The notes under the pieces were generated by a model, which did not search any database, was not told where the DNA came from, and was given only the letters and a program-made list of their open reading frames with translations. A program made the translations under genes and the position numbers. Of a stretch of DNA of 64,000 nucleotides, positions 58,085 to 64,000 are shown in pieces. The DNA is taken from the NCBI GenBank assembly GCA_963729895.1, contig CAVSQB010000005.1:128001-192000 (forward strand), written 5' to 3'. Positions within the stretch are counted from its first letter, which is position 1. Every line of letters starts with the position of its first letter. The stretch comes from an uncultured Fibrobacterota bacterium (GTDB taxonomy: Bacteria > Fibrobacterota > Chitinivibrionia > Chitinivibrionales > FEN-1185).

Positions 58085-59395
58085 ATGGATATTTCCTTTC
58101 GGGACAAGCGCGCGGAAACCGTCGACAGACCCACGCTCAGGCAGGAGCAGCTTCGGCTTCTGCAGGAAACCTTAGCACGGGCGCTTGCGACACCGTTTTA
58201 CAAGCCAAAACTCGAAGCCGCGAAGATCGAATCGGCCTACGACATCAAGAGCCTGGCCGACCTGTCACGGTTGCCGTTTGCAACAAAGAACGATCTGCGC
58301 GACGCGTACCCGCGCAAGCATCTTGCCGTGCCCATGGACCGTGTGGCGCGCATCCACATGTCGAGCGGGACTACGGGCATTCCCACGGTCATCTATCACA
58401 CGCAGGAAGACCTTGACAACTGGACCGAATTGGTCGCGCGCAGTGTGGTATGCACGGGCGCAGGGCCCGGCGACATCTTCCAGAACATGATGACCTACGG
58501 CCTTTTTACCGGCGGCCTCGGTCTCCACTACGGGGCGGAACGCGCAGGGTTGACCGTTATACCGGCGAGCTCGGGCAATACCAAGCGACAGATCTGGCTC
58601 ATGAAGGAATTCGGCACCACGGTGGTGCATGCGACCCCGAGTTACATGCTCCACATTTTTTCGGAGCTCGCCCGCGACGGCCTTTGTGCTGCGGACCTGC
58701 GGCTGAAGAAAGCGTTTCTCGGCGCTGAACCGTATTCGGAGAACACCCGGAAGAAAATTGAGGAACTGTTCAAGATCGACGCATACAACTCCTACGGGCT
58801 CAGCGAAATGAACGGCCCGGGTGTCGCGTTCGAATGCGTATACAAGTGCGGCATGCACGTGTGGGAAGACTCGTACATCGTGGAAGTGATAAACCCGGAT
58901 TCGCTGGAACCGTGCCGCGACGGGGAAGAGGGCGAGCTCGTTTTCACCACCCTCAGGCGCGCTGCAACGCCGCTGCTGCGGTACCGAACGCGCGACCTTT
59001 CGAAAATTATTGACGGCCCGTGCGCATGCGGCCGGTCGCACCGGCGCATCGACCGTATCAAGGCCCGCACCGACGACATGCTCATCATCAACGGCGTCAA
59101 CATGTTCCCCTCGCAGATCGAGGAAGTGCTCATGCACTTGCCGGAAATGGGGACAAACTATCAGATCGTTATTGATAAGAAAGAATCACTCGACAGAGTA
59201 ACCATCAAGACCGAAGTGAATTCAGGTTTGTTTAAAGACGACATGCGGGACCTCGATGCGCTGTCGAAGCGCATCAGGGATGCCATCAAATCGCAAATCC
59301 TCATCAACCCGGTAATAGAGCTTCACGAGCCGGGCATGCTCCCGGTGTACGAAGGGAAAGCCAAACGCGTATTTGACAACCGGCCTGCCATGTGA
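58085..59395 (+). CDS. paaK: Phenylacetate-CoA ligase family protein
   Basis: 'SSGTTG', 'YGLFTGG.G.HYG', 'TPSY', 'GAEP', 'YGLSE..GP', 'RYRTRD', 'RTDDM', 'GKAKRV.D'. Confidence 0.92.
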   Translation: MDISFRDKRAETVDRPTLRQEQLRLLQETLARALATPFYKPKLEAAKIESAYDIKSLADLSRLPFATKNDLRDAYPRKHLAVPMDRVARIHMSSGTTGIPTVIYHTQEDLDNWTELVARSVVCTGAGPGDIFQNMMTYGLFTGGLGLHYGAERAGLTVIPASSGNTKRQIWLMKEFGTTVVHATPSYMLHIFSELARDGLCAADLRLKKAFLGAEPYSENTRKKIEELFKIDAYNSYGLSEMNGPGVAFECVYKCGMHVWEDSYIVEVINPDSLEPCRDGEEGELVFTTLRRAATPLLRYRTRDLSKIIDGPCACGRSHRRIDRIKARTDDMLIINGVNMFPSQIEEVLMHLPEMGTNYQIVIDKKESLDRVTIKTEVNSGLFKDDMRDLDALSKRIRDAIKSQILINPVIELHEPGMLPVYEGKAKRVFDNRPAM

Positions 59396-59566
59396 CCAAG
59401 CCCTGTGCGCTTCCGCCCGCTTCGGCCTGACGGTCCAGTTTCGTGATTTTTTTCATTTAATCCGGCGGACAATTTATTATATTTTCCTAATCTTTACATA
59501 ACGAAAATCTCACAATTGTCACCTTGCCCATCGTTTCACCATCACCATTTGCATGAGGGAGGTTGC

Positions 59567-60997
59567 ATGCGTATCATGAGTTCCTTGTTGTGTATGTTGT
59601 TCCTGTGCGGGGCCGTTCTGGCTGCCGATACGGCTTCGGCTGCAAAAGCCGCGCCGTCACCGGCTCCTGCCGCCACGCCGAGCGCGGGAAAGGCCGTTCC
59701 GGCTCCTGCTGCCGCGACCCCGGCGCAGGCGCCTGCGCCTGCGGTTGAAGCGCCTGCTCCGGCTGCTCAAGCGCCCGCCGTTGAAGCGGAAGCGGCGGCA
59801 CCCGTTGTCAAGCCCGTGGAACCCCCGGCAAAGATGTGCGCGGCGCCTGCAAGTCCCCTTCTCACATGGAGCGGCCTTGCCATGCTCAGGCTGAGGGACG
59901 AGATCATTACCAATTACGAAACATCGGGCAAAGAGGAAGAAAAAGCGACGTTTTCCTACCAGATCGCCTATAGGTTGGGTGTGAAGGTGAAGCCGAACGA
60001 CCAGGTCTTGCTGCAATTCGACATCGGCAACGACTGGTATGCAACCGAGGAAGTGGAGGGACTTCCTGGCAATTACTGGACAAAGAGGAATCCGATGACT
60101 CCGTGGTTCTCGCTTGCCTATGCGCAGTGGGACCCGGGATTCATGCACATTCAGGCAGGTATCATCCCTGTCGCCGGGACCCCGCTCATGGACCTTCTCG
60201 GCGTGTCGATCTTTTTCGGCAGAGACTACCATAACGCCGCCCATATCCCGTGGGGAGTGGTCACCAATTTCAGCCAGACAGGGTTGCGTCTGGGAGCACC
60301 CATTTTGAAGGGCCCGGTTACGTTCGGCGTGGACGCCATGTCTGCGGTGATAGAAATGAGGCAGATCGACGCGGGGCTTGATACCATGCAGACCAACCCT
60401 ATTGCCATGGAGTTTGAGCTGGAAGCCCCTCTTACTGTTTCTGGATTCAGCCTGAACCCGCAGGCGTTTATTATTCCCAACCGCAGTTATAACCTTAAGA
60501 GCGGCGGAAGCGATATTGAGTTCGGCGCAGGGTTCAATCTCGGGTACAAACTGAACGATGGCGTTGCCTTTAGGGCCGGTTTCGGCTATGCAAGGAACTC
60601 CAACAGGAATTCGTACAAGAACCCCGACGGCAGCTATAACGCATTTTACGATTCCTACGGCGACCCATTTTCTGTTGTAAACGCACCGACGGATATCGTG
60701 AACAACGTAGTTGACAGCGTGGAATTCGACCGCTGGGGAACCAACCTGAACGTCGGCACCACGGTAATGCTGGGGCCCGGCAAGCTGGACTTTGATTTCA
60801 ACCTGAGCAACGAACAGGACATGTACAACTCCAAGGTCGACAACTGGTATCCTTTCTTCGACATCAAGTACGGATGGGCGCTCAACAAGAATTTCATCAT
60901 CATGCCGAGAGTGCGGCTCTTTTTCACCGAACCCAAGACCGGGTACGAAAACGAGTGCAAGACCCGGCCCGAGCTCATTTTTACCGGAGTGTTCTGA
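59567..60997 (+). CDS. Outer-membrane porin-like protein with Ala/Pro-rich N-terminal linker
   Basis: Signal peptide, APA-rich stretch, amphipathic strands, terminal Phe; GGGAGG SD. Confidence 0.7.
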   Translation: MRIMSSLLCMLFLCGAVLAADTASAAKAAPSPAPAATPSAGKAVPAPAAATPAQAPAPAVEAPAPAAQAPAVEAEAAAPVVKPVEPPAKMCAAPASPLLTWSGLAMLRLRDEIITNYETSGKEEEKATFSYQIAYRLGVKVKPNDQVLLQFDIGNDWYATEEVEGLPGNYWTKRNPMTPWFSLAYAQWDPGFMHIQAGIIPVAGTPLMDLLGVSIFFGRDYHNAAHIPWGVVTNFSQTGLRLGAPILKGPVTFGVDAMSAVIEMRQIDAGLDTMQTNPIAMEFELEAPLTVSGFSLNPQAFIIPNRSYNLKSGGSDIEFGAGFNLGYKLNDGVAFRAGFGYARNSNRNSYKNPDGSYNAFYDSYGDPFSVVNAPTDIVNNVVDSVEFDRWGTNLNVGTTVMLGPGKLDFDFNLSNEQDMYNSKVDNWYPFFDIKYGWALNKNFIIMPRVRLFFTEPKTGYENECKTRPELIFTGVF

Positions 60998-61020
60998 GAC
61001 TGTTCGAGGTACTGTGTGTG

Positions 61021-61058
61021 AAGCGGGAGGGAACGAGAGTTCTCTCCCGCTTCTATTT
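61021..61058. terminator. Rho-independent terminator between convergent genes
   Basis: AAGCGGGAGGGAAC-GAGA-GTTCTCTCCCGCTT hairpin followed by T-rich sequence. Confidence 0.65.
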
Positions 61059-61075
61059 TGAGAGGGACCTTTTGA

Positions 61076-62389
61076 TCACAGTTTTCTCCTGTCGATCACC
61101 AGGGGCTGCTTTTTTCCCCGCGCCTCGGCCCGGAGCGTGCCTTCCTCCATGAAAGTGACTGCAGCGGTGACCCCGAGTTCCGCCTCGATCCCACGGGCGA
61201 CGCTTCGGCGCAGGTTTTCTATGGTCTTCATTTCGTCGATATACTCGCTGCCGGCAGCGACGGCCACGCCCACTTCCAGCGTGTCGGCGTTGTCCTTGAT
61301 GTCAAGCACGATGCGGCACAGCGGGGAAATGCCCTGCACACGGAGTACCGTGTCGAATACCTGGCTCGGGAAGAACTTTGCGCCCTGCACGGCAATCAGG
61401 TCGTCGGTGCGGCCTGCAACCCTGCTCATGCGCACGAACGTCCTGCCGCACTCGCACACGCCGGGCAGCAGGCGCGCGCGGTCGCCGGTGCGGTAGCGGA
61501 CAAGCGGGAACGCCTCCTTGGTGATGGTGGTGAACACAAGCTCTCCTTCTTCACCGGGGGAAACGGGCCCCAGCGTCGCCGGATTGATCACTTCAACGAT
61601 AAAATGATCTTCGTTGACATGCAGGCCGTTGCGTTTTTCACACTCGCCGGACACGCCGGGGCCCATGATTTCGCTCATGCCGTAGTTGTCGTATGCCGTG
61701 ATGCCGAAGGTCCCTTCGATTTCGTCGCGCACGGTGCTGCTCCACGGTTCTGACCCGAAAATGCCGAGCCTCAGGTTCATGTCCTGCGGATGGATGTCCA
61801 TGGACGTCATGGTCCGCGCCAGACCAAGCGCTGTTGAGGGCGCGCAAATGAGCGCGGTAGTTTTGAAATCCTTCATGATGGTAACCTGGTCGCGCACATT
61901 TCCGTGGGTGGACGCGGGAATCACCGACGCTCCCAGCTTTTCCGCGCCGAAATGAAATCCAAGCCCGCCGGTGAAGAGGGAATAGGAGAAGGCAATTTGC
62001 ACCACGTCGTGTTCGGTGACGCCGGCCCACGAAAGCTGGCGAGCGACAAGGTCGCTCCAATGCGAAATATCGTTTTTGGAATAGCCCACCACGATCGGTT
62101 TTCCCGTGGTGCCGGAGCTCGCGTGGATGCGCACGATGTCGCGCAGGGGAAGGGCGAACATGTCGTATGGGTAGCTGGTGCGGAGGTCGTCCTTTGTCGT
62201 AAAGGGCAGGCGGGCCATGTCTTTGAGCGACCGGACGGTTTCAATCACGACCTTGTTCGCGTCCAGCGCGTGCTTGTAGAATGCGACGTTGCGGTATACC
62301 CTGTTGAGCGTGGTCTGCAACCGTTCAATTTGCAATTGAGAAAGCTCATCGCGTGACATTGTCTCGAATCGGCGGTTGTCTGCGGCCAT
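61076..62389 (-). CDS. paaK: Phenylacetate-CoA ligase family protein (second paralog)
   Basis: 'LPFTTK.DLR..YP', 'HASSGTTGKP', 'LFTGG.G.H.G', 'GSEPW', 'YGMSE..GPG', 'RYRTGD'. Confidence 0.9.
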   Translation of the reverse strand: MAADNRRFETMSRDELSQLQIERLQTTLNRVYRNVAFYKHALDANKVVIETVRSLKDMARLPFTTKDDLRTSYPYDMFALPLRDIVRIHASSGTTGKPIVVGYSKNDISHWSDLVARQLSWAGVTEHDVVQIAFSYSLFTGGLGFHFGAEKLGASVIPASTHGNVRDQVTIMKDFKTTALICAPSTALGLARTMTSMDIHPQDMNLRLGIFGSEPWSSTVRDEIEGTFGITAYDNYGMSEIMGPGVSGECEKRNGLHVNEDHFIVEVINPATLGPVSPGEEGELVFTTITKEAFPLVRYRTGDRARLLPGVCECGRTFVRMSRVAGRTDDLIAVQGAKFFPSQVFDTVLRVQGISPLCRIVLDIKDNADTLEVGVAVAAGSEYIDEMKTIENLRRSVARGIEAELGVTAAVTFMEEGTLRAEARGKKQPLVIDRRKL

Positions 62390-62418
62390 AGGAAGCGACC
62401 TCCTTTTTTGACGAACAA

Positions 62419-63153
62419 CTACTCGTTGATCCTCTGATACTCCTTGCCCAGGTACGCGCGCTGGACTTCCGTGTTGTTCAGCAACTCCTGCGCCGTGCCT
62501 TCGAGGACGATGGATCCGGTTTCCATCACATAGCCGCGGTCCGCGATCCCGAGCACGGCCCTGGAGTTCTGCTCCACGACAAGAATGGTGCAGCCCGAGA
62601 CGCGAAGGGCCGAGATGGTGGAGAGGATCTCCTTTACAACCAGGGGCGCAAGCCCCATCGACGGTTCGTCAAGCATCATAAACGACGGTTTCGCCATGAG
62701 CGCGCGTCCGATGGCCAGCATCTGCTGCTCGCCGCCGGACAGGGTCCCGGCGAGTTGGCCCCTGCGCTGTTCAAGCACGGGGAACAGCTCGAAAACACGG
62801 CGGAGCTCGCTTTTCACTGATGCTCCCGCACGTTTGCGGAACCGTGTATAAGCGCCGAGAAAAAGGTTTTCTTCAACCGTCATGGGAGCAAAGACCTGCC
62901 TGCCCTCAGGCACGAGCACGCATCCTCGCGACGCCACGGCATGCGCCGGAATACCCGGAAGCGAGGCTCCGGAAAATACGATGTCACCCGACCGCGGGCG
63001 AACAAGGCCCGCGATTGTCCTGAGCAGCGTGGTTTTCCCGGCCCCGTTGGCGCCGATGACGGCCACAATTTCGCCGGGATTTACATGCAAGGAAACGCTT
63101 TTGAGTACGCGCAGCTTGGCGTATCCGGATTCAAGGCTTAGGATCCTAAGCAT
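62419..63153 (-). CDS. livF: Branched-chain amino acid ABC transporter ATPase (LivF-like)
   Basis: 'GANGAGKTT', 'VPEGRQVF', 'LSGGEQQMLAIGRALM', 'LDEPS.GLAP'. Confidence 0.93.
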   Translation of the reverse strand: MLRILSLESGYAKLRVLKSVSLHVNPGEIVAVIGANGAGKTTLLRTIAGLVRPRSGDIVFSGASLPGIPAHAVASRGCVLVPEGRQVFAPMTVEENLFLGAYTRFRKRAGASVKSELRRVFELFPVLEQRRGQLAGTLSGGEQQMLAIGRALMAKPSFMMLDEPSMGLAPLVVKEILSTISALRVSGCTILVVEQNSRAVLGIADRGYVMETGSIVLEGTAQELLNNTEVQRAYLGKEYQRINE

Positions 63154-63910
63154 TTTCGTCCCCCAGATACACGCGCACGACTTCCCGGTTCTTCTGGATG
63201 TCGCGGGGCGCGCCTTCGGCAATGAGACGGCCGAACGACAGCACGCAGATTTCGTCTGAGACATCCATGACCAGCGACATGTCGTGCTCCACGAGCAGGA
63301 TGGTGATTCCCCTGTCCCGGATGGCGCGCATGGTCTCGCCGAGCCGCGCCGTTTCCTGCATGGTAAGCCCGGCCGCCGGCTCGTCGAGCAGCAGTAATGC
63401 AGGCTCGCCGGCCAAGGCCCGCGCGAGTTCAACATGGCGCTGCTGGCCAAAGGAAAGGCTCTGCGCGTCCGCCGCGGCAAGGTGGGCGATCCCGAGCATA
63501 TCGAGCAGGGCAAGCGATTGTTCGCGGATCTCTTTTTCCTCCCGGCGGGAATGAGGGAGGCCCAGGATGCCGGACAGCATTCCCGCCCTGCTCCTGGTGT
63601 GCCTGCCGATCATGACATTTTCGAGCACCGTCATTTTCGTGAAGAGTTTGATATTTTGAAACGTCCGCATGATGCCGCTGCCGGCGATCCTGTGCGGCGG
63701 CAAGCGGTGGATCGGTTTTCCGTCAAAGACAACCGAGCCCGAATCCGGTCGAATCGCCCCGGAAATCAGGTTGAACATCGTTGTTTTTCCGGCCCCGTTT
63801 GGACCTATGACACCCTTAATGGCACCCCGTATGACGGAGAAGCTGACGTCGTTGACGGCGTGCAAACCGCCGAATCTCTTGTTGAGATGTGATATTTCCA
63901 GGAATGACAT
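63146..63910 (-). CDS. livG: Branched-chain amino acid ABC transporter ATPase (LivG-like)
   Basis: 'FGGL.AV', 'GPNGAGKTT.FN', 'RTFQN', 'LLDEPAAG', 'VEHDM', 'V..VYLG'. Confidence 0.93.
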   Translation of the reverse strand: MSFLEISHLNKRFGGLHAVNDVSFSVIRGAIKGVIGPNGAGKTTMFNLISGAIRPDSGSVVFDGKPIHRLPPHRIAGSGIMRTFQNIKLFTKMTVLENVMIGRHTRSRAGMLSGILGLPHSRREEKEIREQSLALLDMLGIAHLAAADAQSLSFGQQRHVELARALAGEPALLLLDEPAAGLTMQETARLGETMRAIRDRGITILLVEHDMSLVMDVSDEICVLSFGRLIAEGAPRDIQKNREVVRVYLGDENA

Positions 63911-64000
63911 GTGCGATAACTACATAAAGTTAATAATCAAGAATCAGTCGTGTTCGGAGAAAATAACGCTAGACGTACCTGTCAACTTCTTTGTCCCGTA

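Overview
A 64-kb bacterial chromosomal window of moderately high GC. It is probably from a Fibrobacterota (Chitinispirillaceae/Chitinivibrionales-like) anaerobe; this is an inference from the many secreted proteins with T9SS-type-A-like C-terminal domains and the ior/paaK cluster. (i) 1-14.3 kb is housekeeping and envelope: alr, eda, hisI, proA, proB, a TPR lipoprotein, a HAMP-HisKA sensor with no ATPase domain, a patatin-POTRA-Omp85 (PlpD-like) protein, an ArnT-like transferase, a barrel/MBL pair and an RRM protein. (ii) About 15-44.8 kb is an accessory block of secreted carbohydrate-active or beta-helix proteins (GH2, GH30, DUF4038/GH140-like, CBM-like, two pairs of beta-helix paralogs), plus an OmpA-domain protein, a MORN-repeat lipoprotein and a methyltransferase, ending at tRNA-Leu(TAA). 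It holds an IS200-type element that splits a low-GC predicted nuclease gene, an intact IS5-type element with a CTAG duplication, and one frameshifted gene. (iii) 45-64 kb has uvrB, an SGNH esterase with a frameshifted C-terminal domain, a steroid-reductase-like/B12-radical-SAM pair, hrpB and an aryl-acid cluster (iorAB, two paaK, porin, livFG). The most notable unannotated signals are three dispersed copies of a structured intergenic element with conserved ends and covarying hairpins (Flavo-1-like), a sorting-domain-like module nested inside an N-terminal carboxypeptidase-regulatory-like domain in two proteins, and the potentially reversible IS200 knockout of the nuclease gene. No CRISPR array, rRNA or integrase was seen. 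All family calls come from motifs recognised by eye; no database search was run.
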